A DNA stretch of 62,934 nucleotides, counting the filler, from Octopus bimaculoides (Eukaryota), in NCBI RefSeq assembly GCF_001194135.2. It is 7 parts of 7 records of this genome, joined end to end, with 100 filler letters (N's around TTAATTAATTAA, not from the genome) between each part and the next. Parts side by side here need not be neighbours in the genome. Positions count along the whole stretch, not along the records: positions 1 to 14,746 come from NW_026367306.1; 6 more parts are not named here. The stretch is one strand, 5' to 3'. The translations under genes and the position numbers were made by a program. Below the pieces are notes generated by a model. It had not been told where the DNA came from. It ran no database searches and worked only from the letters and a program-made list of their open reading frames with translations. The stretch's first letter is position 1. Each line of letters opens with the position of its first letter. Of this stretch, positions 1 through 12,932 are shown in pieces.

Positions 1-42
<42 letters not shown>

Positions 43-1327
43 GTTCTTGTGTGTGTATGTGTGTGAAATTTCTCTCATTCTTGTGTCTATGCAAGTAAAA
101 TTTCTCCCTCGCTCTTTCTCTATTTTTATCACTTTCAGGTTCATTTTTGCTTTTTACTTTATTTAAAATTTTTTTACTTTTTCTTTTTTCCCACTCTCTT
201 TCTCGCCCACTCTCTTTGTAATTTTAGCATTTGCATGTTTCTTTTTTTCTTTTTCTTTCTTTTTTTGTTGTTGTTGTTGTTGTACTGTAATACTATTCCA
301 GAGATAAACAAGCAAACATAGAAATTAATGTCTACTTCTAACATTGGCACAAGACCACAAATATGGTAAGGAGAAGAACAATTAATAATCAACACCACTA
401 CTTCACAAGTATTCGTTCTGTCTAGCCCGGATGGATAAAAACTCAAGGTTGGATGTGTCAGTTTTTTAATTGAGATGGGAAGCGTCGTAACTAAATAAAG
501 CACGCCATTTTGTTTTTTATCATCATCGATTCTGCAATCCACCGCCACCAACACTTTGATAATATTTTTTATTAACAAATTTTACTAACAAATTTTACTA
601 ACTATTGATGGAATAAATAGCAAATTAATCATTAAGTATAATAAAATTTATTTATTAATCTTTTCTGATAAATTGATATAATCTCAAGATTAAATATATT
701 TTGTTATCAACCAGTAGAGGAAAGGTGATTATCTCCATAGGGAGATAATCATGTCTCAGTCAGAGGAAAAGGACCTTTGCAAGGACTCCTGAAATTGGCG
801 GTCGGGGCAGTGGTGGGGTACAAACCGCGACTCATGACATACTGTAGTAAAAAGTAACGTATCAAGACATCAAGTTATTCTTAGGCTATAAGAATTGTGT
901 CTACTGTACAATGGACTCTGCCAAAGACATCCAAAGGTCAGATAGTGGCAGTAATAGTGGTGTTGGCAGCGGTAATAGTAATGTTGCTGTTAGTGGTGGT
1001 GGTGATGGGTGTGTTAGTATCGGGGGTGGGGGCAAACCGAGCCACAAATTGATGCGGCTAATGCTCAGCTTCAGCGTTTTCAGGTCGTTAATTCAGGCAA
1101 CGGATTAGCAGAATTGTTAGAGCGTCGGATAGAATGTACAGTAATATTTGCCTTGAGTTTTTGTGCTCTGAGTTCGAACCCCACCGATGTTAATTTTGCC
1201 TTTCGTGTTTTGGAATCTATAAAGTTGAGAGCGGGTGGTGGACTGCATCATTGGTCATACAGTCGTCACATTGAAGCTGTGATGATCCTTGTCTCAGAAA
1301 CCATTATTTTATTTCATTTTTCTTCTG

Positions 1328-1743
1328 GTTACTCTTTTACTCTTTTACTTGTTTCAGTCATTTGACTGCGGCCATGCTGGAGCACCGCCTTTAGTCGAGC
1401 AAATCAACCCCAGGACTTATTCTTTGGATGCCTAGTACTTATTCTATCGGTCTGTTTTGCCGAACCGCTAAGTTACGGGGACGTAAACACACCAGCATCG
1501 GTTGTCAAACGATGTTGGGGGACAAACACAGACACACAAACATACACACACACATATATATATATATACATATATATATACGACGGGCTTCTTTCAGTTT
1601 CCGTCTACCAAATTCACTCACAAGGCTTTGGTCGGCCCAAGGCTATAGTAGAAGACACTTGCCCAAGGTGCCACAGTGGGACTGAACCCAGAACCATGTG
1701 GTTGGTAAGCAAGCTACTTACCACACAGCCACTCCTACGCCTA
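1328..1743 (-). mobile_element. Full-length tRNA-derived SINE (abundant octopus-type family)
   Basis: Minus strand reads a tRNA-like head (AGGCGTAGGAGTGGCTGTGTGGTAAG...GGTTCAGTCCCACT), a central (TA/CA)n tract and the tail GGCGGTGCTCCAGCATGGCCGCAGTCAAATGACTGAAACAAGTAAAAGAG; the same blocks recur at 12112-12932, 14874-15040 and 37960-38150. Confidence 0.85.
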
Positions 1744-4292
1744 TGGTTGTTCTTTTTTAAAATTTTTTGTTCCTGCAGTTTGAGTGATTAAAATCTAAAA
1801 CCACCCACAAATGAGAATAAGAGTTATCTTGCACTGACCTATTTTAACAAATCAGTCTCTACGAAACGACTGTCAGATTGTGTAACACGATTGTAAATAT
1901 TCAAGCCATTAATTGAATAAGATTACTTTAATGGAATTTTGATTGCTAATACCAATTATAGCTTTTGCCTGTGTATTCTCTCAAACTTACTTTATTCCCT
2001 TTTACTAATATATCAACTTACGCAAGGATTTAAAAAATTTATTTATTATGATCTTAATTTTTCAACGATAACCTTTGTTTTGTTGTTGCGTGGAGGCTTC
2101 CCATGTGATTTTAGTACTACGTAACTATTGCTCAGTTTAACATTTTTGTTTTAATATAGCAAATTTCATTTTAAGGTATATATAGATGTGAGGTTGATTT
2201 TTTTTGCTTTCTTTTGTTTTTGTTGGGTTTTTTTTTTTGCCAATTTCTATTATCTTTTTTACCTAGTGTATAAGTTATGAGACAGAAAAAAATTAGGCAG
2301 ATGACAGTCTATATATGCCTCTGACACCTAAACTAAACCAAGAGATAACCAGGAAGTTTCTTTGATAGTTATTTCCAAACTCTGAGTAATTAAATTAGTA
2401 GGGTAAAAATGAAAAACTACATTTGATTGGGGTAATATCAGTAACGCAGCAAAGAGACAACCAATTTTACACTCCCAATTGCTTTGATATCAAATAAACT
2501 ATTACGCTTCACGAAACAGAATGGGTCTCAAATAAATTTAAAAAAACACATGCCTTAAGAACAATTAAAAATAGATACACGCCGGTACTTAGGTAGATAT
2601 CGCTTTTGCGCTTCATTCCACACTGTACCGGAAATACAAGAAATTGATAGGAATTCACGAAGCTATAAGTAGAATTCTTCAGCTGACGCTAATTCATTTT
2701 ACTTTAAATCGAATTTGCGTTGGAAATAAGTTTTGGTATACTAAAGTGTTTTCGTATAAACGAAGTTGGTATACAGCATCGTGTGCGTTCTCGTTTTGAT
2801 ATGCAAACGAGGTTGTATACCAGAAATAAGTGTTTTGGTATACGGGGTTGTATACTAAAATAATTTATTGCTATATAATTGCTATTAAATGCATTTTTGT
2901 CAAGCTGTATCAGGCCTACATTCCTTCTGTCTTACTGCAACCAATCTGTATCCAGACAAAATGTTTTAACATGAAAGTATGTGGTCTATTGTTGAACTCA
3001 CAATTATAAGCCTATGGATTTGATTCCCAGACTTGACGATGCAAGTACCCGCGAACAAGTACTCCATTTCATATTGCTATCATGCTCTCAGTTGAAAATT
3101 AGTCGCACTTTTAGTAACTACGGCACACTGATATATCTGATGTTTAATATAATATTTATTATACAATACACTATAGATAGAAATATCCAAAAATTTAGAT
3201 ACAAAATTAAAACAACGAAATTGTTTGAAAATCTGCATCATAATTATATTATTTGCTACCTTGTTTTCAAAGTTTTGAAGGACAAAATAACAAGCATGCT
3301 TTTAAAACATATCAACACTGAGCTCTGTCAATGGTTATTGTTAACAAGTCATTAAATTTATATAAAATGCTGCTAAATTGAAATAATTTTTAAAATTATT
3401 TTACATATTTTAATTCATTAATATTCGATAAAAAGAAACGAAAGAAAACATTTAATAATTATCATAATTACAAAATGTATGAGCCTGTATGCGTGTTGAA
3501 AAAGTGTTTGTAACTGGGTTTTCTCCCCGCTTTCAAAAATCAGAGTGCTCGTTTTTGGTGTTGTTTCAAAATAAGATGTATGCATTTTAAATATATTTAT
3601 TGATAAATGACGATTTGAAGTACATTTTCATTATTTGAAAGTAAATAGAAAAAAATATACATTATCACTGTGTACACATTGTATGGGTTGATATACTTTA
3701 TTATCCACATAGAAAAATCGCTCTAAAACCTGTTGTTGTAATTCACATTTAAATCAATAAAAAAACAATTTTGATGTTTTAACATCTAAAATTTTCTTGG
3801 TGTGGGAGCGATCAATCATGATTTTACAATGTCCAATGTACATCTTTTAAGGTATATTAGCTGTACAAAACAGGCGTGACGAAACAAACCAAAACTATCA
3901 ATAGCTTAGTTTCGATCGACACCATTTAGGCCTGGATAAATAACATAGCGGTGGATGTTGTCATTACTGTGGAGATCAAAGCATGAACGCAAATGTTTAC
4001 CAACCAGCTAGATCAATTAACTGTTTCTAATTGTGATCAGCTGTTGCGTCTAGGCACGCAGATGCCGTTGATCAGCTGAAAGATGTGAACTTGTTCTGCC
4101 ATCTATTCGAAACAACAACCACAGTACAAGACATTACTGATATGGAATCAGTCTACTTTACACAAAATTTAGTGAGAAAAGCGAGGAGAGATGAAACGGT
4201 CTGGTGGTTGAGATTCTGTGCGACCAAATCATAAGCCATAAAATCAAAGTAATTTTCTTGTCGTTGTCGTTTTTGCGATAGCTGTTGCTGCA

Positions 4293-4341
<49 letters not shown>

Positions 4342-4405
4342 GAGTTGATGTAATCGACTAGTCCCCTCCACACAAATTTCAGGCTTTGTGCCTATAGCAG
4401 AAAGA

Positions 4406-4478
<73 letters not shown>

Positions 4479-4479
<1 letters not shown>

Positions 4480-4534
4480 GGCGGTGAGCTGGCAGAATCG
4501 TTAGCACGCCGGACGAAATGCTTAGCAGTATTTC
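4479..4534 (+). mobile_element. SINE 5' head (second tRNA-derived family), cut by a gap
   Basis: GGCGGTGAGCTGGCAGAATCGTTAGCACGCCGGACGAAATGCTTAGC; similar heads at about 12620 and 18149; body pieces at about 10540-10690, 32450-32610 and 44850-45000. Confidence 0.75.
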
Positions 4535-5187
4535 NNNNNNNNNNNNNNNNNNNNNNNNNNNNNNNNNNNNNNNNNNNNNNNNNNNNNNNNNNNNNNNNNN
4601 NNNNNNNNNNNNNNNNNNNNNNNNNNNNNNNNNNNNNNNNNNNNNNNNNNNNNNNNNNNNNNNNNNNNNNNNNNNNNNNNNNNNNNNNNNNNNNNNNNNN
4701 NNNNNNNNNNNNNNNNNNNNNNNNNNNNNNNNNNNNNNNNNNNNNNNNNNNNNNNNNNNNNNNNNNNNNNNNNNNNNNNNNNNNNNNNNNNNNNNNNNNN
4801 NNNNNNNNNNNNNNNNNNNNNNNNNNNNNNNNNNNNNNNNNNNNNNNNNNNNNNNNNNNNNNNNNNNNNNNNNNNNNNNNNNNNNNNNNNNNNNNNNNNN
4901 NNNNNNNNNNNNNNNNNNNNNNNNNNNNNNNNNNGATGGATTACATTTTTATTTTGACACTAAGCTGGAACTCAGGAAAAATAAAATATAAGATAAATAG
5001 ATATATAGATAGATAGACAGACAGATAGACAGACAGATAGCTACACACACGCTCGGGCCCAATTTGTTTAATACATTTATATATCTATATCATATATACA
5101 TACACTTTATATATTTATGTATGTATGATGTACATAAACGCATATATCTGTGTCTGTATATATATATATGTATGTATATGCATTATG

Positions 5188-5219
<32 letters not shown>

Positions 5220-5233
5220 TGCACACATACATA

Positions 5234-5863
5234 TGTGGTCTGATCAATAAGTATCCGGACTGTTGCCATAGTAACGAAGCTAAAGCGCGAAGAACGAAGC
5301 CGCTTGGTACAAATTGACTTTGAATTCTGCTGTGTATACGCACTAACTTTTAACGTTCTAGCTCACTTCTGCTGTTTAGTAGTACCTAGAAGGAACGTGT
5401 GTAGCATGTGATCGTCAGAGAAAGCTGAGCAGAGAATCTGCATTAAATTTTGCCAAAAGCTTGGGGATACCTGCTCAGAGGCTTACACAAAATATCAGAA
5501 AATGTATGGAGAGGAGTGTATGGGCCAGACGGCCGAAAAAAATGTCGATAGTGTCGGACGTTCTAGGAGACCCACAACCAACAAAACTGAGAAAAACATC
5601 GCAGATGTGCGTGCAGCTGTGAGGGGAATTTGTCGAATCCCCATCCGTGAGTTATCAGAGGATGTGCAGTTTAGTTACGGTTCAGTTCCGTCCATTATCA
5701 CTGAAGATTTGGGTATGAAACACATGTCTACCAAGCTTGTACCAAAACTGCTTTCAGCTGATCAAAGGGATACTCAGGTGTCAGTTGCATAAGATCTTGA
5801 TTGTGTCGAGAACGATGAAAACTTTTTGAAAACGGTTATAACGGGTGATGAATCGTGGGTCTA
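5234..5863 (+). mobile_element. mariner DNA transposon, 5' part with degraded transposase
   Basis: TA followed by TIR-like TGTGGTCTGATCAATAAGTATCCGGACT; translation gives RICIKFCQKLG...IRELSE...KLVPKLL (WVPxxL motif) and KTVITGDESWV (first catalytic D), with stops and frameshifts; ends in a gap. Confidence 0.9.
5262..5275. promoter_or_regulatory. RFX X-box motif inside the mariner 5' end
   Basis: GTTGCCATAGTAAC matches the X-box consensus GTYNCCATRGNAAC; function untested. Confidence 0.4.
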
Positions 5864-7302
5864 NNNNNNNNNNNNNNNNNNNNNNNNNNNNNNNNNNNNN
5901 NNNNNNNNNNNNNNNNNNNNNNNNNNNNNNNNNNNNNNNNNNNNNNNNNNNNNNNNNNNNNNNNNNNNNNNNNNNNNNNNNNNNNNNNNNNNNNNNNNNN
6001 NNNNNNNNNNNNNNNNNNNNNNNNNNNNNNNNNNNNNNNNNNNNNNNNNNNNNNNNNNNNNNNNNNNNNNNNNNNNNNNNNNNNNNNNNNNNNNNNNNNN
6101 NNNNNNNNNNNNNNNNNNNNNNNNNNNNNNNNNNNNNNNNNNNNNNNNNNNNNNNNNNNNNNNNNNNNNNNNNNNNNNNNNNNNNNNNNNNNNNNNNNNN
6201 NNNNNNNNNNNNNNNNNNNNNNNNNNNNNNNNNNNNNNNNNNNNNNNNNNNNNNNNNNNNNNNNNNNNNNNNNNNNNNNNNNNNNNNNNNNNNNNNNNNN
6301 NNNNNNNNNNNNNNNNNNNNNNNNNNNNNNNNNNNNNNNNNNNNNNNNNNNNNNNNNNNNNNNNNNNNNNNNNNNNNNNNNNNNNNNNNNNNNNNNNNNN
6401 NNNNNNNNNNNNNNNNNNNNNNNNNNNNNNNNNNNNNNNNNNNNNNNNNNNNNNNNNNNNNNNNNNNNNNNNNNNNNNNNNNNNNNNNNNNNNNNNNNNN
6501 NNNNNNNNNNNNNNNNNNNNNNNNNNNNNNNNNNNNNNNNNNNNNNNNNNNNNNNNNNNNNNNNNNNNNNNNNNNNNNNNNNNNNNNNNNNNNNNNNNNN
6601 NNNNNNNNNNNNNNNNNNNNNNNNNNNNNNNNNNNNNNNNNNNNNNNNNNNNNNNNNNNNNNNNNNNNNNNNNNNNNNNNNNNNNNNNNNNNNNNNNNNN
6701 NNNNNNNNNNNNNNNNNNNNNNNNNNNNNNNNNNNNNNNNNNNNNNNNNNNNNNNNNNNNNNNNNNNNTATATATATATATATATGTAAATGCTAGTTTT
6801 AATGTGAAGTTATAAATAAATAACATTAAATATTATTCAGTACATTTTATTATAAGAGTACATATTTCTTATTAGAAATGTCAAACTTTACCTTGTAAAA
6901 TTTAACACACACACAAATGCAAACACACGCACATACTCGTATGTATGTGTTACGATATATATATGTATATATATATTCATATGCTTATGTATAGATGTGT
7001 ATGTGTTCGTGTGTGTGTAATTTTGTTTTAGAATAAGCACACAGTATTCTTGTTTGTAATGGAAGACGTTTAAAAGAGTTGGCGTCAGAAAGGGCATCAA
7101 AAAATCCTTGTCCAATCATGCTAGTATGATGAAATGGACTTAAACGATGAAATGGAATCAGTTTGAATTTCTGACTACCAGTTCTGAGAGAAAAAGGACT
7201 CGGTACTTTTGTAGAGTACAGATATTTTATTCCTTGGATTTATTCCTCGTTGCTGTGATGAATTGTAACTTCCAATCTCCACTGCATACATACATACATA
7301 CA

Positions 7303-7336
<34 letters not shown>

Positions 7337-7454
7337 CATACATAAATGCATGCATACACACATACATATATATATACACATATGTGAAGGCACATATACA
7401 ATACATATAGACACACACATGAATATTTACATACAAGCATACATAGGCTGATTG

Positions 7455-7486
<32 letters not shown>

Positions 7487-9598
7487 ACATGCATGCAGGC
7501 ATACATNNNNNNNNNNNNNNNNNNNNNNNNNNNNNNNNNNNNNNNNNNNNNNNNNNNNNNNNNNNNNNNNNNNNNNNNNNNNNNNNNNNNNNNNNNNNNN
7601 NNNNNNNNNNNNNNNNNNNNNNNNNNNNNNNNNNNNNNNNNNNNNNNNNNNNNNNNNNNNNNNNNNNNNNNNNNNNNNNNNNNNNNNNNNNNNNNNNNNN
7701 NNNNNNNNNNNNNNNNNNNNNNNNNNNNNNNNNNNNNNNNNNNNNNNNNNNNNNNNNNNNNNNNNNNNNNNNNNNNNNNNNNNNNNNNNNNNNNNNNNNN
7801 NNNNNNNNNNNNNNNNNNNNNNNNNNNNNNNNNNNNNNNNNNNNNNNNNNNNNNNNNNNNNNNNNNNNNNNNNNNNNNNNNNNNNNNNNNNNNNNNNNNN
7901 NNNNNNNNNNNNNNNNNNNNNNNNNNNNNNNNNNNNNNNNNNNNNNNNNNNNNNNNNNNNNNNNNNNNNNNNNNNNNNNNNNNNNNNNNCATACATACAT
8001 ACATACATACATACATACATACATACTTACATACACACATACATACTTACATACATACGTACACACCACACATACATACATACATGCATACATACATACA
8101 CACATACATACATACACACACACATACATACATACATACATACATACATACATACATACATACATTTAATAATTAGAGGAACTGAAAACTCGTAAAATAA
8201 AATTCTGCGATACTATATTTGAGGTCCCTGGGTGAGCATCTGCTCGCGACTACATAAACATAAGGAATAGATATACACTCACACATAAGTAGTAAACAAC
8301 ACACTTGTGTTGGAATTGTGTCATGCAAATTTGTATGCACACACATACACACAACATAAGCATACATCAACAGCTTCAGGTAACCACAAACCCTAAGAGC
8401 TGACTTGATTTAAACAAAAGAGCATTGTCACTTTGATAGGGATCGGTTTGAATTCTGCAAAGAAAAAAACCTTAAGAGAAATCCCAAAGAAACATTCCTT
8501 TAAAAAAATAAATAAATAAAAATTTAGATTTAATTTTAAATACTAAACTTTTCCTTTTTTTTTTTAGATATAAATTATTAAACAAGCTATTTAAAATCTG
8601 TAATTGCACATAATTCCATGATTTACTTACCCAGATGCGTTACCGTAAGCTGCTTTCTTCCTTCTTCAGAATGGTTGCACGGGAATTACTGTTTTCTTGT
8701 CTGCACTGTTCTTACTTTTCNNNNNNNNNNNNNNNNNNNNNNNNNNNNNNNNNNNNNNNNNNNNNNNNNNNNNNNNNNNNNNNNNNNNNNNNNNNNNNNN
8801 NNNNNNNNNNNNNNNNNNNNNNNNNNNNNNNNNNNNNNNNNNNNNNNNNNNNNNNNNNNNNNNNNNNNNNNNNNNNNNNNNNNNNNNNNNNNNNNNNNNN
8901 NNNNNNNNNNNNNNNNNNNNNNNNNNNNNNNNNNNNNNNNNNNNNNNNNNNNNNNNNNNNNNNNNNNNNNNNNNNNNNNNNNNNNNNNNNNNNNNNNNNN
9001 NNNNNNNNNNNNNNNNNNNNNNNNNNNNNNNNNNNNNNNNNNNNNNNNNNNNNNNNNNNNNNNNNNNNNNNNNNNNNNNNNNNNNNNNNNNNNNNNNNNN
9101 NNNNNNNNNNNNNNNNNNNNNNNNNNNNNNNNNNNNNNNNNNNNNNNNNNNNNNNNNNNNNNNNNNNNNNNNNNNNNNNNNNNNNNNNNNNNNNNNNNNN
9201 NNNNNNNNNNNNNNNNNNNNNNNNNNNNNNNNNNNNNNNNNNNNNNNNNNNNNNNNNNNNNNNNNNNNNNNNNNNNNNNNNNNNNNNNNNNNNNNNNNNN
9301 NNNNNNNNNNNNNNNNNNNNNNNNNNNNNNNNNNNNNNNNNNNNNNNNNNNNNNNNNNNNNNNNNNNNNNNNNNNNNNNNNNNNNNNNNNNNNNNNNNNN
9401 NNNNNNNNNNNNNNNNNNNNNNNNNNNNNNNNNNNNNNNNNNNNNNNNNNNNNNNNNNNNNNNNNNNNNNNNNNNNNNNNNNNNNNNNNNNNNNNNNNNN
9501 NNNNNNNNNNNNNNNNNNNNNNNNNNNNNNNNNNNNNNNNNNNNNNNNNNNNNNNNNNNNNNNNNNNNNNNNNNNNNNNNNNNNNNNNNNNNNNNNNN

Positions 9599-9658
<60 letters not shown>

Positions 9659-9942
9659 CTGTTATTCTTGTGAAGCGTTTGTTTGCTTTTTTAGCTGTTG
9701 TTGTCGGAGATAGTGATGTTACTTTTGTAGTTTTCGCTATATTACTGCTTCTTAAATGCTTATGTTACCATTTCTGAGTATTCTCTCTCTCTCTCTCTCT
9801 CTGGTGGGAGTGGTAAAACTTTACAAACCGTTACACCGGAGTAACGATTTGAGAAGTTTCAGCATCCCAATAAACTATATATCTCTCTACTCTAATACTG
9901 AGTACTGCTTCTCCCTTTCGTACGTATGCACTTGTATGTGTG

Positions 9943-9993
<51 letters not shown>

Positions 9994-10793
9994 CTGCAAA
10001 CTAATATACCTGCTTGTTGTTCATACACTTGTCTTCGTCTTTTGTTAAACTTCAACTATATATATACATTATTATTATTATTACTATTAATAATAATAAT
10101 AATAATATTAATATATACATTTACACACATACGTATGTATGTGTGTATGTATGTATGTATCTATCTATCTATCTATCTATCTATGCATGTATGTGTTTAT
10201 ATTATATACATACATAGTGCATGTATTGAAGTTTTATATTTTTGTTTGTTTTAGCCAGATGTTCACAAGGAAGATTGTTATGTCTGGATGTGCTTTCATC
10301 GCACACATACGCATTCTTACACCCGCACATACAATCACACATTCTCATACGTACTCGCTGTGCATTTAACGTGTAAGTACTTTACACAGATACATGCACA
10401 CATACTGTAACAAATACACATATAGACATATACATACGCACACATTCACACCCATACATATATACCGTGCATGCTTGTATGTTTTGGGAAGTGAGTTTAT
10501 TAACATCAGTAGTGACTTAATATCTAGTTTAATATGAGTCGGTGAGTTCAAATTCCGTCGAGGTCGACTTTGCTTTTCATCCTTTCAGGGTTCGTAAATT
10601 AAGTACTGGTTGCGTACTGGGGTCGATCTAATCGACTGGTCTCCTCCCCCAAAATTTCGGGCCTTGTGCCTAGACTAGAAAAGAATATTTTTCGAGTCTT
10701 TGTTTTCACCATCGCTTATATACATACTTGCAAACATAAACGCATGTATATAAACAAACATACATACAGCAGATATACATACTGAGACACACA

Positions 10794-10824
<31 letters not shown>

Positions 10825-11682
10825 AATGTGTGCGCACACGTGCACGTGGTGAAACTTCACAAATCATTACACTGGAGTTACGATTGGAGAAGTTTCAGCT
10901 ACCAATAAATTTTATCTCATTATTCTTAATGACTACTACTTCTTCCTTTTGTAAATAACTTTCCTCCAGTTTTTCTCTGTTTTCTCCCACTTCTCTCATC
11001 TCCCTGATCTCGCTTGTTCATTTTTGTTTTCATTTTACTAATTAAAAATTTTGTTTTTGCTTTTGGTTTTCTTCTGTCCTCACTTCCGTTTAAACGCCTT
11101 TTGTCCACCTCTATCGCATTCCTCTTGTCCCTCCATGTGCCTCATTTTTTTTCGCACCAGCTTGTATTGTACTCTCTAGCTCTTTGCTCACAATTTTCTT
11201 CCAGATTAAGGCATCTCACACCTATGCCCTTATATACGTTTCTAACACCACCATACAACATATTCTCCTCTCCTTCCCCTTTACCTCACACTTGCGCCCA
11301 CTTCCACCTTTTTACTTCCACTTTTCTTCTGCTAAGGAATTGCGTCCGAAACATTAAGACACTTTCCCTTCCTTTTTAATCATTAAGCTAAAATAATATT
11401 CATTAAAACCTGTATCTCACATGTTGTCTTGTTCTTTATGCTCATTACCTTGACAATATACATATATTTATATATGTAAGCATTATGAATATCACATACT
11501 TAATGTACTTCAGAACTAAGCGAAATGAAACCGTCCCGGAACAAATGCAACACTGGTATTTCGCAGTAATTTACTGTTAATCAGTTCTGCAGACTTGCCT
11601 CAATTCTGAAAGGAAATCGAAATCGCTAGTTTGAAATGATGTATATAAATAGTGTAAAATTATTCGTTGACTTGCAATTGCG

Positions 11683-11726
11683 TCGCACAATAAAATTAAA
11701 CTACATAGTTTAATTTTATTGTGCGA
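11683..11726. repeat. Perfect 21-bp inverted repeat with a 2-nt spacer
   Basis: TCGCACAATAAAATTAAACTA-ca-TAGTTTAATTTTATTGTGCGA. Confidence 0.95.
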
Positions 11727-11950
11727 TCACATACTTAGGAAATACCTGTTTTTGCTGCTCTCGTTCACTGGAGCAGTTTCGCAGTTTCGTTTTGTCAAGC
11801 GTTCAAGTATAGCGCGTATTTTAACGCTACATGTCTTTAAGGGGATTTTCTCAGTCGAAAAATTGCAGCTGTGTGTGTTTAACAACAAACATCCATTAAG
11901 AATACGGTATTCATTTACATTATTGAACTGCTTCTAACACACTTTGTATG

Positions 11951-11982
<32 letters not shown>

Positions 11983-12013
11983 ATTATTGGATTGTCTATT
12001 TAATTTATATTTA

Positions 12014-12060
<47 letters not shown>

Positions 12061-12063
12061 GTG

Positions 12064-12111
<48 letters not shown>

Positions 12112-12114
<3 letters not shown>

Positions 12115-12932
12115 TTTTGCTTGTTTCAGTCATTTGACTGCGGCCATGCTGGAGCACCGCCTTTAGACGAGCAAATCTACCCCAGGACTTATTCTTTGTA
12201 AGTTTAGTACTTATTCTATCGTTTCCTATTGCCGAACCGCTAAGTTACAGGGACATAAACACACCAGAATCGGTTGTCAAGCGATGTTGGGGGAACCATT
12301 TGGTTGGTAAGCAAGCTACTTACCACACAGCTATAAATGTGTGTGTGTGTGTGGTAAGAAGCTTGCTTTCCAACCACATGGTTCCAGGTTCAGTCCCACT
12401 GCGTGGCACCTTAGTCATGTGTCTTATGTTATATCTTCGGGTCGACCAAAGCTTTGTGAGTGGATTTGGTAGATGGAAACTGAAAGAAGCCGTTAATGTA
12501 TGTGTGTATCCTCCCACTACCGCTTGACAATTGATGTTGGTGTGTTTACATTCCGTATCTTACAGGTTCGGCAAAAGAAAACGATAGAATAAATACTAGG
12601 CTTAAGAATTAAGAAATAAGGTGGCGAGGTGGCAGAAACGCTTAGTGGTATTTCGTCTACAGCTACGTTCTGAGTTCAAATTCCGCCAAGGTCGTCTTTA
12701 TCTTTCATCCTTTCGGGGTCGATTAAATAAGTATCAGTTACACACTGCGGTCGATATAATCGACTTAATCCGTTTGTCTGTCCTTGTTTGTCCCCTCTGT
12801 GTGTAGCCCCTTGTGGGTAGTAAAGAAATAAGAAATAAGTCCTGGGGCTATTTGCTCGACTAAAACATTTCAAGGCGGAGCTCTAGCATGGCCACAATCA
12901 AATAACTGAAACAAGTAAAAGAATAAAAGAAT
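12112..12932. mobile_element. Cluster of nested, oppositely oriented SINE copies
   Basis: Minus-strand SINE body at 12112-12330, plus-strand copy from about 12340, second-family SINE nested at about 12620-12830, and the tail resumes at 12836-12932. Confidence 0.8.

Noticed and set aside
174-578. 134-aa minus-strand ORF containing GLVPML, superficially like the CLC GLxVP motif
   Set aside because: The motif derives from a degenerate SINE tail (GGCCTTGTGCC..TAGAA); it is on the wrong strand for the CLC gene and ends in low-complexity sequence
8618-8720. Minus-strand donor-like CTGG|GTAAGT next to a gap
   Set aside because: All three minus frames contain stops in the visible part; no coding evidence
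10255-10372. Exon-like segment with good AG and GTAAGT signals upstream of the CLC exons
   Set aside because: No frame resembles CLC or another recognisable protein; it contains degenerate CA repeats
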